From Octopus sinensis (Eukaryota), in NCBI RefSeq assembly GCF_006345805.1, contig NC_043002.1:109864001-109928000 (forward strand): a DNA stretch of 64,000 nucleotides. The letters are read 5' to 3'. Of the stretch, positions 1 through 13,642 are shown piece after piece; the stretch's first letter is position 1, and each line of letters opens with the position of its first letter. The position numbers were made by a program, and so were the translations under genes. The notes under the pieces are model-generated. The model ran no database searches, was not told where the DNA came from, and saw only the letters and a program-made list of their open reading frames with translations.

Positions 1-99
1 AATAATAGTGTTTAGCAGATCAAATCTGTGAGTAGTGAAATGCAGAATTAGGCTGACTGATCGTGAGAATCAAATATTGATCGCATCGCTAAAAACTGC

Positions 100-560
100 A
101 GGTGGTATGGATTATTTCCCTTGGGGTATTTAAATAAAATATTAGTAATATGAAGTAGATAGGAGGACCCATTGGATGGTCCCTATTATCGATTCATTCC
201 AATAATCTAAGTATGTCACGAGGTTTCCAGACATGAGTTCTACTCACGTGTCAAATAAAGTAAAAAAGTGATATTGTCTGCAAAAATTAGAAATTGGACA
301 CAAAAAAATCAATATTTAAAGTAATCGAGCATAAGCAATGAAATGGGTGTTTAAATTAAATGAGTGTTAAAAAAATAATGTGCAAGTGGTGTGGGCTATT
401 TTCCTTGGGTGTTTAAAAAAATTAGTTATATGAGGTAGATATAAAGGTCCCTTCCAGGGGCTGTATTATCGATTTTTTCAACAATCTAAGTATATCACGA
501 GGTTTCCAGACATGAGCTCTACTCAAATGTTAAGTTTCATCAAAATCAATAAAAGGATGT
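100..560. repeat. diverged direct repeat, period about 279 bp
   Basis: CTAAGTA(T/G)...CACGAGGTTTCCAGACATGAG at 207 and 486. Confidence 0.6.
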
Positions 561-611
561 AGGAGGAGTCAGATAACAACGCCACAAACAAACACACACC
601 TATTTTCCATA

Positions 612-1013
<402 letters not shown>

Positions 1014-1102
1014 TATGGGACGTAGGTAGGACGGTGAGTTTCGTTCCAATGAACGAAATCTTCAACCTTTGAATCATTTTGTAATTTTTGCCGATTCATA
1101 AT

Positions 1103-1737
1103 CCTTCCTACTCCAGGCGAAAGGGGCTGAAATTTCGGGGGAGGAGATAAATTGATTACATCAAACACAGTTCTCAACTTGTACTAATTTTTTCGATTCC
1201 GGATGAAAGGCAAAGTCGACCTCAACGGAATTTGAACTCAGAACATAAAGACGGACGAAATGCCGCGAAGCATTTCTGTCCGGCGTGCAAGCGATTTTGT
1301 GAGCTCGCCGTCTTCTTTCGCCAATATATAATGAAGTTAAGGCGGCGAGCTGGCAGAAACGTTAACACGCCGGGCGAAATGCGTAGCCGTATTTCGTCTG
1401 CCGTTACGTTCTGAGTTCAAATTCCGCCGTGATCGACTTTGCCTTTCATCCTTTCGGGGGTCTATTAAATAAGTACCAGTTGCGCACTGGGGTCGATGTA
1501 ATCGACTTAATCCCTTTGTCTGTCCTTGATTGTTACCTCTGTGTTTAGGCCCTTGTGCGTAGTAAAGAAATAGGTATTTCGTCTGTCTTAACGTTCTGAG
1601 TTCATATTCCGCCAAGGTCGACTTTGCCTTTCATCCTTTCGGGGTCGGTAAATTAAGTACCAGTTGCGTACTAGGGTCGATCTAATCGACTGGCCCCTCT
1701 TCCCAAAATACGGGCCTTGTGCCTTGAGTAGAAATGA
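1103..1737. mobile_element. cluster of tRNA-derived SINE family B copies (1103-1315 minus; 1341-1575 plus; 1576-1737 plus, partial)
   Basis: GGCGGCGAGCTGGCAGAA...GAGTTCAAATTCC...GTCGACTTTGCCTTTCATCCTTTCGGGGTCG; two alternative tails. Confidence 0.85.
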
Positions 1738-2834
1738 ATACATAATGAAGTTTTGAGTTCTTTCATATTTGCATCACCAAACCTATGTTTGTGTATGTTC
1801 GTGTTTGTGTGTGCATGTGTGTGGTTGTGTGTGTGTGGTTGTGTTTGTGTGTGCAACAATTATTTACATCTTCATTCTTCAAGAAGTGTTCATATTATTT
1901 ATAGGGAGAACTCACGAAAAAAGACGAAAGACGAAGTCAGGTGGTGTAGAAAACAAACAGATGTATTAGTATAACGCTCGGGAATTGGAAAAGTCTTTTA
2001 CGTTTCGAGCCTACGCTCTTCCACAGAAAGGAACACAGAAAGAAACAAGGAGAGAAAAAAATGCGTTTTGTGGTAACCGATCTATCATGGTGACACATAT
2101 AAACACATTCTTTCTTACATAACGCGATAAATTAATCCCCCGATCTCTATCCGTACGTATATCAAATCTGATAATCAATAGAAACAATTCTACTTAATTA
2201 TGTAGAGTGGAAAAAAAAAACGCCTGCAATAACTAAAAAGCATTTATTTTTTTTATTTATTTACTTAATTTTGAGAAACATTCATCAAAAGCCAGTTGAA
2301 CAGTTTGAAGAATTTCTTTCTTATCTGCAAACATTTTGTAATAACAAACCACTTCATAATCTAAACTTTAGCGAACGAGCATGCTTCTGTTGATAGTCAG
2401 ATCCATAGCTATCGATTGCTGTTTAGTCTACTCTATATCCCGAAAACAATCAAAGTTCTTTTACTGTGATTTCCTTTCAGGCATTTTTCGTTCCTCCTCC
2501 TCCTCCTTCTTCTCCTCCTCCTCTTCCACTTTCTTCTTCTTCTTCTTCTTCTTCTTCTTCTTCTTCACATAGCCCGTTGGAGCATCATTTCACTGACATC
2601 ATCGTCGCTTATAGTCTTTTGAATGTGAAGTTAATAATTCGCGAACATTTTTCCAAAGCAACCTCTTCGAGCCCAACGTTTATTCCGGTGACAACAATTT
2701 TATCCATGGTTTTGATTATTCGATTTTTGAAGCCCCAAAACTCATTAACACATTCCAACCCAAGAATCTACTGGTCTCCTCTTATACAGCTGGTTGTCCT
2801 CATAACTCAGGAAAATTTAAATGTTATTTTTTTT

Positions 2835-2901
2835 TTACATTATTTACATTCGACGGATATTTGTCCTCATCTTGTTTGTTGTCAACACAACGTTTCGGCC
2901 G

Positions 2902-2953
<52 letters not shown>

Positions 2954-3033
2954 TATTATTATTATTATTATATTATTATTATTATATTATTATTATTATA
3001 TTATATTATTATATTATATTATTATTATTATTA

Positions 3034-3068
<35 letters not shown>

Positions 3069-3081
3069 TATTATTATATTA

Positions 3082-3118
<37 letters not shown>

Positions 3119-3629
3119 GAGTGAGAGAGCAGTGCATACCATCAAAGTGACAATGGGGTAAATTATACGAAGCCCAGTATACCCATCATGACTACCCATC
3201 TGATAAGGGTACACTAGGCACATGCATCACAACCATTTGTGCGCGACATGGTGATCTCATATCAAGATAAACAGCGCATGACCTTGCAGGTGGGGCCCAG
3301 TTAGAATTTTCTTCTGGTCGAGTAAACCATCCCGCTCAAAAGGTCCCTGAATAAGGGTTGTTTAAGGATGTTGAACGAACCACTCATGTTTCCAAATGTG
3401 AATTATCCAAACCTTTAAGAATTCCTTTCAATACACGGCTATGATGCTCCCCCACTACTTCTGCTCGTGGTCAGAGATGCACACATCGTCAGCCACTAAG
3501 GGACATGGTCAACTGGTTACGGTCAAACAACTGACAATCAAATCTGTAGTATTGAGCAGAATATTTACTGTAGCCCATCTTTTATACCAAGACAAATCAA
3601 TGTACATGATAACACTTCCAATCAGTTAA

Positions 3630-3708
<79 letters not shown>

Positions 3709-3790
3709 TCTCTGCTTGGAATCGAACTCGGAATCTTGAGGTTAGTAACCCGCGCTCTTAACCACCACACTACATGCCCGTTGGCTTATG
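2835..3790 (-). mobile_element. second copy of the tRNA-headed hammerhead element (ribozyme 5' half deleted)
   Basis: tRNA-like head 3705-3790 (B box GAGTTCGATTCC on minus); tail 2835-2901 keeps only CGAAACGTTGTG. Confidence 0.65.
3119..3630 (-). mobile_element. LINE-like 3'-end fragment with (AAT)n tail
   Basis: Reverse complement of 20245-20795; ends GCACTGCTCTCTCACTC(AAT)n; clade not assignable. Confidence 0.6.
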
Positions 3791-3860
3791 GCGTTATTTT
3801 TTTTTTGCCCCAAATTCTAAAAAGTGGCAGCATCTTCTGTTGTAATATTAAACGCCAGCT

Positions 3861-4090
3861 AGGTGGCGACCTGGCAGAATGGTTAACATGCTGGAAGAAA
3901 TGCTTGGCGGTATTTTGTCTGTCTTTACGTTCTGAGTTCAAATTCCGCCAAAGCCGACTTTGCCTATCATCCTTTCGGTGTCGATAAAATAAGTACAAGT
4001 TGAGCACTGGAGTCGATGTAATAGACTTAGCTCCCCCACCACCTCCCGAAATTGCTGGCCTTGTGCCAAAATTTGAAACCAATATTGAGT
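3861..4090 (+). mobile_element. SINE family B (second tail type)
   Basis: Match to family B head and body. Confidence 0.8.
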
Positions 4091-4334
4091 AACTGTGAAA
4101 AAAAAATCCTTTGAATATATTAAATTTTTAATGTTGCCAAGGATGGCCCAAGATGTTACCAGATTCAAAAGAATTTTAACCTTCGGACTAATAAGCACCG
4201 CGATAATCTTCCGGCAACACTTTTAGTGAACCATTTTATTTCATCACTAAATCCCTGAACGATATTACTTTCTTATAGAATTTTTATAGTTTCTGGGTTC
4301 ATCTTTTGATGAATAAACATCGGTTTTTATTTGA

Positions 4335-4455
4335 AATCCCTTCAGCATTGCCTCCAAATAAAGAAAATCTCCTCAGTATTACCTCCAAGTAAAGAAATTC
4401 CCCTCAGCATTGTCTCAAAGTAAAGAAAATTTCTTCAGCATTGCCTCCAAGTTAA
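4335..4455. repeat. minisatellite, 4 units of about 31 bp
   Basis: CTCAGCATTGCCTCCAAGTAAAGAAAAT-like units. Confidence 0.7.
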
Positions 4456-6151
4456 GACGTTGAGCGATCTTTTGATGTTTTGTAATGAGTTGCAATGTGT
4501 TGCGTTCGTAACCCTCACAAAAGGTTTTCATGACTTTTTTTGCCAGAAAAAATCGATTCCGTTTAAGCAGACATTTTTGAAGATCATCGTAAATATCGTT
4601 TTCGATTATTTCATTTAATTCGTCAATATCTTCCTCGCCATTTACTCACTCAAAACATTGCACTTTAATCATAACATGATTCATATGAATTAGAAACCGT
4701 TTCTGATTACAATTTTCCAATAAGAGTATCAATAAATTCTGCTTCTCACCTATACCATTCTTAATCCATTAGATATTTAACAAGATTGATACCGCTTTAC
4801 TTTGATCGTGGTACTTATTCGCTATGTGAAGGCACATGGTCTACAAGTTAAGTGTTGCATGAAGGTCTTACGATCGCGGTTTCGATTCCCGGATCGGCGT
4901 AGTGTTCTTGAGCAATACACTTCTTTTCACGTCGCTCCAGCCCATTCATCCGTAAACGACAACCCCTGCGATAGATCGGCGCCTCTTTTAGGGAGGATGT
5001 TGTTATCTCGTCACTTAGATACCGAGTAAGCGGACATATGAGTCCTAGGGCTCAAAATAGAACACACTCACCCACATTCGCTTTGCTCAAAATATTTAAT
5101 ACTATCGCTTCAATCAAACCAATTTCCCCTCCAATCTTCTGCTTCCGTTGCGAGCAAATCTTTAAATATTTTCAAGTTTTATGTTTAAAGTAATTACTTT
5201 CCTTCATTTTAATACTTTTCTACAGTATAGTATCGGTTCTTCTTGTAAATATGGTAACACGGAAGAGGAGTAAAGTTTTAATTTCAAAAGCATGTGGTGA
5301 ATTTATAAATAAACAACTCGTACGCTTGTACTGGCAACAAGAGAAAAACTGAAGAACAGCGATATGGAAGTGAAGGAGACGCCTTGCAACTCAGCTTTGC
5401 AACTGTTTGGGCGCCATTTTCAAAGTATGTTAATCTAATTTCATCAAAGCTGCGATAGGCCAGAGATAGTTGTAACATCTCAAACTTTTTACATCTGTAT
5501 ATACCCTGTCTCAACTATTTACATTTGTATGCATACTTCCTCAATGGTTCACATCTCTCAACATACTTCCTCAATTATTCATCTTTATAGACACCCTTCT
5601 TCAACCACACCACTTGCCTTCCAACTGCAGTCGTTGCTCCACCTAAACAACCAGTTACGCATATCACAATATTCGCATTGTTTATTTCTCTCTCTTTCAC
5701 ACAGTTCGCTCTTGTTTCCTACTTTCCTTTGCTCTTTACCACAATTGTTGTCTTGCTGCTATAAGCCATATCAATAATCTACACCTACTTTTCCCAATTA
5801 TTTTCTCTTATTAATTGTTTTACTTCCGGCAGTGATACGTTTACAGAAATTCCAACACACATTTAACCTTCTTTCTTCTCAAATCTTCTACTTCTGACCT
5901 ATGAAGTTTTATTAAGCTTTACTCATAATCTCAATTTACTTTAATTCTATAAACAGTGACTTTAAGAGAAGCTTTTATGGGATCTATTTTGTTTCTTTTA
6001 ACAGTAAACAAGCAAAACCTCAAACAAGAAAAACCACCTTACTACTTCCGCATTAAATATGAACGGTACTCAGCTACAACCCACACGCTTGCCGCAGTTC
6101 AGCTCATTCACTGTACCATGTTCTACTCTGTCGTGTATTCATTCCTATATT

Positions 6152-6533
6152 GAAGCACTCCGTCGGTTACGACGATGAGGGTTCCGGTTGATCCGAATCA
6201 ACGGAACAGCCTGCTCGTGAAATTAACGTGTAAGTGGCTGAGCACTCCACAGACACGTGTACCCTTAACGTAGTTCTCGGGGATATTCAGCGTGACACAG
6301 AGAGTGACAACGTCGGTACTTTGAAATACAGGTACAACAGAAACAGGAAGTAAGAGTGAGAGAAAGTTGTGGTGAAAGAGTACAGCAGGGATCACCACCA
6401 TCCCTGCCGGAGCCTCGTGGAGCTTTAGGTGTTTTCGCTCAATAAACACTCACAACGTCCGGTCTGGGAATCGAAACCGCGATCCTATGACCGCGAGTCC
6501 GCTGCCCTAACCACTGGGCCATTGCGCCTCCAC
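6152..6533 (-). mobile_element. tRNA-derived SINE family A (about 380 bp)
   Basis: Head TGGAGGCGCAATGGCCCAGTGGTTAGG...GGTTTCGATTCC; 12-bp TSD CATTCCTATATT at 6140 and 6534. Confidence 0.9.
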
Positions 6534-6808
6534 CATTCCTATATTAGGTGTGATTTAGCTCCAAGTAAGTCGTGATTGATGGAATCATACGATCAAGAGT
6601 AATCCAATAGTGACAATCCTGTCTTACACCCAATTCAGCCCTGATAAAGCAGATCTATACTCAAAGATATTCCAACCTCGAACATGCCATCTTGTTATTG
6701 TTTAACCCCAGATCAAATTAGATTTCAGTGGTTTTATGAGACATTTCAGCCTTTCGGCTGTTTATGTAGGATTTACGATATAACGTTTCTTTCCTTACAT
6801 TTCGCTTT

Positions 6809-7189
6809 GTGGAGGCGCAATGGCCCAGTGGTTAGGGCAGCGGACTCGCGGTCGTAGGATCGCGGTTTCGATTCCCAGACCGGGCGTTGTGAGTGTTTAT
6901 TGAGCGAAAACACCTAAAAGCTCCACGAGGCTCCGGCAGGGGATGGTGGTGATCCCTGCTGTACTCTTTCACCACAACTTTCACTCTTACTTCCTGTTTC
7001 TGTTGTACCTGTATTTCAAAGGGCCGGCCTTGTCACTCTCTGTGCCACGCTGAATATCCCCGAGAACTACATTAAGGGTACACGTGTCTGTGGAATGCTC
7101 AGCCACTTACACGTTAATTTCACGAGCAGGCTGTTCTGTTGATTCGGATCAACCGGAACCCTCGTCGTCGCAACCGACGGAGTGCTTCC
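6809..7189 (+). mobile_element. SINE family A
   Basis: TSD ACATTTCGCTTT at 6797 and 7190. Confidence 0.9.
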
Positions 7190-7510
7190 ACATTTCGCTT
7201 TACTTGTTTCGGTCATTAAACTAGAGGCAAACTGGAGTGCTGCTTCGAGTGGTTTAGTCTGTCATATCGATCTCATTATTTATTTCTAAGTTTCATTCTT
7301 ATCACGTCGATATCGATTTGTCGCTAATAGAAGACACTCACCCAAAGTGCCACATTGTGGGTCTGTATCCGGGACTATGTGGTTGGGAAACAAATTTGTT
7401 ACGACAGAACCACGCCTGCACTTGTGTGTGTGTATGTGTGTGTGTGTGTGCATATATTCATATATGTATATACACATACCGATAGATAGATAAATAGACA
7501 GACAGACAGG

Positions 7511-7573
<63 letters not shown>

Positions 7574-7603
7574 GTAGGTAGGTAGATAGGTAGGTAGATA
7601 GAC

Positions 7604-7634
<31 letters not shown>

Positions 7635-7918
7635 AAGGCAGGCAGATAGATAGATAGATAAATTGACAGTCAGACAAGTAGATAGATAGATAGATACATA
7701 CATACATACATACATTCATGCATACATACATACATACATACATGCATGCATGCATGCATGCATACATACATACATACATACATACATACATACATACATA
7801 CATACATACATACATACATACATAATACATACATACATCATACATACATACATCATACATACATACATACATACATACATACATACATACATACATACAT
7901 ACATACATACATACATAC

Positions 7919-7951
<33 letters not shown>

Positions 7952-8669
7952 CGACGGGTTTCGCCGTATAGGTTGTCTGTTGTTGCCAATTCCAGTCAGG
8001 AGCCATTGATTAACTCAAGTCTGTTGTTAAGAAACTAAGCCAGCATGTCACTGAGTAGGATTTGAACCCGAAACTACGTGGTTGCCAACTGAACTTCTGA
8101 AACAGAAAAACACGATACTTTCATTATTTAGACTAAGGTGTTATTTAAAGATTTGGCGGCTATTTATAGCAGGAATAATGGTACGTGATGGCGGTGGTGA
8201 TGGTTGTTGTTGTGGTGGTGGTGGTGGTGGCAGTGGTGGTGAGTGGTGGTGTGGTGATGGTGGTGGGGGGGGATGGTGGTTGTGGGGGGATGGTGGTGGT
8301 GGTGATGGTGGGGACGGAGGTTGTGGTAGTCATAATAGAGGGTGCAGACAGAGTGAGGGTGGGGCGCATAAGAAGGTCGAAAGGTTGCTAACAATGATTA
8401 AGTGATCTGTGACAAACTTGAGCGTGTCAATCGGATTACTTAGGATTAAATGACACAGGACTCCATTACGACTGCATGCCAGGATAGTGATGGTGGTAGT
8501 GGTGGCGATGGTGTCGGCGGCGGCGGCGGCGGCGCGATGGTGGCGGCATCGGTGGTCGCAGTGGTTGTGGCGGCAGTGGCCGTGGCCGTCGTAGCGATGA
8601 TGAAGATAGTGGTAGTTTTGGTAGCAATGCCTATAAACGTGACAAAGACAAGGGATAATGGCTCTTGAA

Positions 8670-8742
<73 letters not shown>

Positions 8743-8748
8743 CATATA

Positions 8749-8784
<36 letters not shown>

Positions 8785-8990
8785 TGTATGTATGTATGTA
8801 TGTATGTATGTATGTAGAGAGAGAGAGATAAATAGATAAAACTTACTTGAAATGGATGCGTGGCGTTCGAACATATAATAATATGAATTATATATAAGTA
8901 TATGCATATATACATTTATGTACATACCTATATACATACATATATGTATGTATATATGCATATACTTATATATTATGTATTATATATATA

Positions 8991-9036
<46 letters not shown>

Positions 9037-9108
9037 TATATGTAATTGTTAAAGAGGACAACAAATATCTCATGTCGTATACAATATTATTATTAGAAAG
9101 AATTCCAA

Positions 9109-9164
9109 GTCTAACAGCTGTTTCTGGGATATCCCCGAGTATGGGATATTCCATCATCAGAGAC
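9109..9164 (-). ncRNA. minimal type I hammerhead ribozyme
   Basis: GTCT-CTGATGA-[TGGAATATCCC/GGGATATCCCA stem II]-GAA-ACAGCTGT(palindromic stem III)-T-AGAC; cleavage triplet GUU. Confidence 0.75.
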
Positions 9165-9394
9165 AAATAGGGAAAACATAAGGAAAATGCGAATGGTAAA
9201 TATTAATGAGATGATGATATAGAGAAAGGGAGTAAAGGGATAAGGTGATGGAGAGGGAGAAAAAAAAAAGGAAGCATAAAAGTTCAAAGTTCAACTTTGT
9301 CTCTCTCCATCTCCTTATTCTTTTACTCCCTTCCTCTATGTCGTCATCTCATTAATACATACCATTCTTATTTTCCTTATTTTTTCCCCTATTT

Positions 9395-9450
9395 GTCTCT
9401 GATGACGGAATACCCCATACTCGGGGATATCCCAGAAACAGCTGTAAGAC
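9395..9450 (+). ncRNA. minimal type I hammerhead ribozyme (inverted partner)
   Basis: GTCT-CTGATGA-stem II (C.A mismatch at its base)-GAA-ACAGCTGT-A-AGAC; triplet GUA. Confidence 0.7.
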
Positions 9451-9689
9451 TTTGAATTTTTTCTAATAATAATAACGTATACGACATGAGATGTTTGTCC
9501 TGCCTTAACGCTTGTTGTCCTCTTTAACAATTATATATTCGCTGCATCGGAAATCTGCAATGGCTCCATAACTACTGTCTCGGCTATAACCTTGGAACCC
9601 CAGTAATCCGTTACCACACTTACCTAGCGTACCTAATCGTTTAGATCATCTGTGAACTAAACCCTGTACTTTGTGTGTGTGTGTATATA

Positions 9690-9900
9690 CTCTTTACTCT
9701 TTACTCTTTTACTTGTTTCAGTCATTTGACTGCGGCCATGCTGGGGCACCGCCTTTAATCGAGCAACTCGACCCCGGGACTTATTCTTTTGTAAGCCCAG
9801 TACTTATTCTATCAGTCTCTTTTGCCGAACCGCTAAGTGACGGGAACATAAACACACCAGCATCGGTTGTCAAGCAATGCTAGGGGGACAAACAAACATT

Positions 9901-9938
<38 letters not shown>

Positions 9939-10105
9939 CATATATACGACGGGCTTCTTTCAGTTTCCGTCTCCCAAATCCACTCACAAGGCTTTGGTCG
10001 GCCCGAAGCTATAGTAAAAAACACTTGCCCAAGGTGCCACGCAGTGGGACTGAACCCGGAACCATGTGGTTGGTAAACAAGCTACTTACCACACAGCCAC
10101 TCCTG
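9690..10105 (-). mobile_element. CORE-like SINE family C with internal microsatellite and (GTAAAAGA)n tail
   Basis: Head GGCGCAGGAGTGGCTGTGTGG...GGTTCAGTCCC; CORE-like GGCACCTTGGGCAAGTGTCTT. Confidence 0.85.
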
Positions 10106-10480
10106 TATATGATGGCGTCGTTGCTTACAGATTTCCAGCGGAAGTCAATCACTGCTTCATTGCATTTCTTACGGTGAGAGTAGAATGGGATCGACTATAA
10201 CCTTGGGCAGAACAAATATCTTAAAGATATCCATTGACAAGGCATTGCTCTGCCTCTGGTTACAGTAGAAGACCCTTGCCCAAGGTACCACGCAATGAGA
10301 CTGAAACCGGAGCCATGTGATTGTGAAGCAACTTTCTTACCACACAGTTACGCATGCGCTTGAGATAAAAGGTCAACCTTGACCAGTAGACTCCTTGGAT
10401 ATAAGAATAGAATGGTCAGAAGAGAGAGTGCAGAATATTTAGACTGTTACACTGAACCTCGTATTATTAATCACTGCATA

Positions 10481-10951
10481 GGGCGGCGAGCTGGCAGAAT
10501 CGTTAGCACACCGGACGAAACGCCTAGCGATATTTCGTCTACCGCTACGTTCTGAGCTCAATTTCTTATTTCTTTATTGCCCCAAGGTGATAAACACAGC
10601 AGAGGGAACAAACAAGGACAGACAAAGGGATTAAGTCGATTACATCGCCCCCAGTGCGTAACTGGTACTTATTTAATCGACCCCTAAAGGATGAAAGGCA
10701 AAGTCAACCTCGGCGGAATTTGAACTCAAAACGTAACGGCAGACGAAATACCGCTAAGCATTTCACCCGGTGTGCTAACGTTTCTGCCAGTTCGCCACCT
10801 TCTGAGCTCAATTTCTGCCGAGCTCGACTTTGCCTTTCATCCTTTCGGGGTCAATAAATTGAGTATCAGTTGTGTACAGGGGTCGATCAAATCGACTGGC
10901 CCCAACTCCCCCAAAATTTCAGGCGTCGTGCCTATAATAGAAAGGATTATT
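10481..10951. mobile_element. nested SINE B: minus copy 10567-10799 inside a plus copy
   Basis: 17-bp TSD TTCTGAGCTCAATTTCT at 10550 and 10800. Confidence 0.85.
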
Positions 10952-11117
10952 AATGACTGCGTTTTGGAGTATAGAGTTGGTGGTCGGTTAGGAGGAGGAT
11001 GAGGAGGAGGAGGATGGGGAGACACAGGAGAACTGGAACAATGAGTCGTGCTTCGTCGTTCGGCTGTATTCCTGCATCTCATAGGAGCTGGGCTGTCATG
11101 GGACCATACATAAACTG

Positions 11118-11500
11118 GGAAGCACTCCGTCGGTTACGACGACGAGGGTTCCGGTTGATCCGATCAACGGAACAGCCTGCTCGTGAAATTAACGTGTAAG
11201 TGGCTGAGCACTCCACAGACACGTGTACCCTTAACGTAGTTCTCGGGGATATTCAGCGTGACACAGAGAGTGACAAGGCCGGCCCTTTGAAATACAGGTA
11301 CAACAGAAACAGGAAGTAAGAGTGAGAGAAAGTTGTGGTGAAAGAGTACAGCAGGGATCACCACCATCCCCTGCCGGAGCCTCGTGGAGCTTTAGGTGTT
11401 TTCGCTCAATAAACACTCACAATGCCCGGTCTGGGAATCGAAACTGCGATCCTATGACCGCGAGTCCGCTGCCCTAACCACTGGGCCATTGCGCCTCCAC
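11118..11500 (-). mobile_element. SINE family A
   Basis: Full-length match to the other copies. Confidence 0.9.
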
Positions 11501-11718
11501 TCTACAACACGCCGCAACCACATGCCATCACCATCTCCATCGCCACAATCGAGCTGAGCTGGTATGAGGAGGGGGTGTGTGGGGTTAGGGACGATGAAAC
11601 AATTGCATAAAGAGGCTGAGATGTCATAGTAACGTGTCTCAGGGATTAAGTATTGTAAATAGATGTACTTTGGGATCGAACCTCGACAAAAGTACCACAT
11701 CTGGGGTTGCGATATATT

Positions 11719-11950
11719 TATTTCTTTACTACCCACAAGGGGCTAAACACAGAGGGGACAAACAAGGACAGACAAAGGGATTAAATCGATTACATCGACC
11801 CCAGTGGGTAACTGGTACTTAATTTATCGACCCCGAAAGGATGAAAGGCAAAGTCGACCTCGGCGGAATTTGAACTCGGAACGTAACGACAGACGAAATA
11901 CAGCTACGCAGGTCGCCCGGCGTGCTAGCGTTTCTGCCAGTTCGCCGCCT
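11719..11950 (-). mobile_element. SINE family B
   Basis: TSD GATATATT. Confidence 0.85.
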
Positions 11951-13267
11951 TAAGATATATTGTTTAGAGATTGGTCCCTTCACTGTCGCCTAACATTCAA
12001 GCATTACGTGTAGAATAAAGGTGTGTGTGTGTCTTTAGCCAAACCGATACTAAGTCAGCAAAGATTAGATTTCTAATGGGGAACACTACAACAGCCACCG
12101 CCCTACAACCACCACCACCACCACCGCCGCCACCACCACAACCACCACCACCACCACCACCAATACCACAATCACCTCTATTTATAAACACCATTATCAT
12201 TCCTAACACTCCCACTATTACGATGACCACCACCACCACCATCGAAAAAATTATCACTACTAAACGCCCCCACCTCCACACATCATTACACACTACTACA
12301 ACCGTAACCACAACCACCATCACCTCTACCACTGCAACCAACACCACTGTCAATGCAATCACTTTGACTACCACCACCACGACCACCACTACTACAATAA
12401 GCACAGCTACAACCACAACTACGACTACTACCACCGCCACCACCCACCACCACCACCACCACCACCACCACCACCATCACTATCACTACTAGCACCTATA
12501 CCACCATCAGCACAACCACTGGTGCTTCAACAGCTGTTATATTACCCTGACCTAAATATATACATTGTTATATATTTACGTTGAATATGTGCAGAGTTAT
12601 GCACGTGTATGGATGTATATATATATATACACTTGCATATATATATGTGTGTGTATGTTATGTAAGTGTGTATGTATATAAGTACGTATATATGTGTATA
12701 TGTGTGTTCGTAAGCATGTGTATGTATGCGTGTACAATCTTATGTTACAAAGGAAGAGATTACTCAACATGGAGTAGAGAATACACACACACACACATAC
12801 ATACATACATACGCATACACATACACACACATAGGCACACACAAGCATATACACATACACACACATATACACACACACATACACACAGATACACACGCAC
12901 ACAAGCATACACACATACACATAAACATACACTCACATGCAACACATATACACACACAAACATACACACACAAACGTACACACACATACACACACATACA
13001 CACACATAAGCATACACACACATACACAAACACACATACACACACATATTTAGATATGCGCTTTAACTTTACTCTTCGACATGTACTGAAAACATGGCCG
13101 TGTTTCAGTTTTATGTTTTTTGTTATCAAACTTTTTTATTTATTGTCGTATAGCTTCTTTGGAGTGTGCTTGGAACACAAAACTTTCTAAATCCATGATT
13201 GAGATTTCTACATTGTCGTGGTCCTCTCTTCAGAATGAAGTAATGTTGGAGTGTGTTTATAACATGA

Positions 13268-13642
13268 CTAGCAGTATCGCCCGGCGTTGCTCGGGTTTGT
13301 AAGGGAATATCTATAAAGCATTTTTAGAGAGTATAGCCAAAAAATAGCAAAAAAAATGGGAAAAAAAATGATGGTAAATTTTTTTTTGATAGTTAAAAAA
13401 GTCGAGTTGCGTCCCTGTGATTTGTGTTTCTGATTGTCGACCCCATGTCGAATTTACCATCTTTTTCAGAACTGGGGGAACTTTTCAAAATTTCTTTGCG
13501 TTAGTGTTTGAAGAAGTATGACATTGGGCTATGTGTGTGTCAAGTTTCATCAGAATCAGTGAAAGCCGTGGTCAGAGTGAGGGTACGAGAAACAGACACA
13601 CAGAAACACGCACAGACAAACTGCCGTTTATATATAGAGAGA
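13268..13642 (-). mobile_element. non-autonomous Helitron, second 5' type
   Basis: Same 3' hairpin and CTAG|T as the array family but a different 5' end, A|TCTCTCTATATATAAACGGCAG. Confidence 0.85.

Larger units (their letters stand above)
9043..9533. mobile_element. Penelope-like inverted repeat (about 200-bp arms) carrying two hammerheads
   Basis: 9043-9245 is the reverse complement of about 9313-9533. Confidence 0.7.

Noticed and set aside
1030-1075. Minus-strand TTGAAGA...GAAAC motif
   Set aside because: GAAA is sequestered in a perfect TTTCGTTC/GAACGAAA hairpin and the core is mutated.
4090-5960. Possible very old Penelope or RTE coding remnants
   Set aside because: Only vague motif resemblance with many stops; needs a tBLASTn/HMM search.
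6809-6890. SINE heads as tRNA genes
   Set aside because: A and B boxes are present but there is no complete acceptor stem, and they continue into SINE bodies with TSDs.
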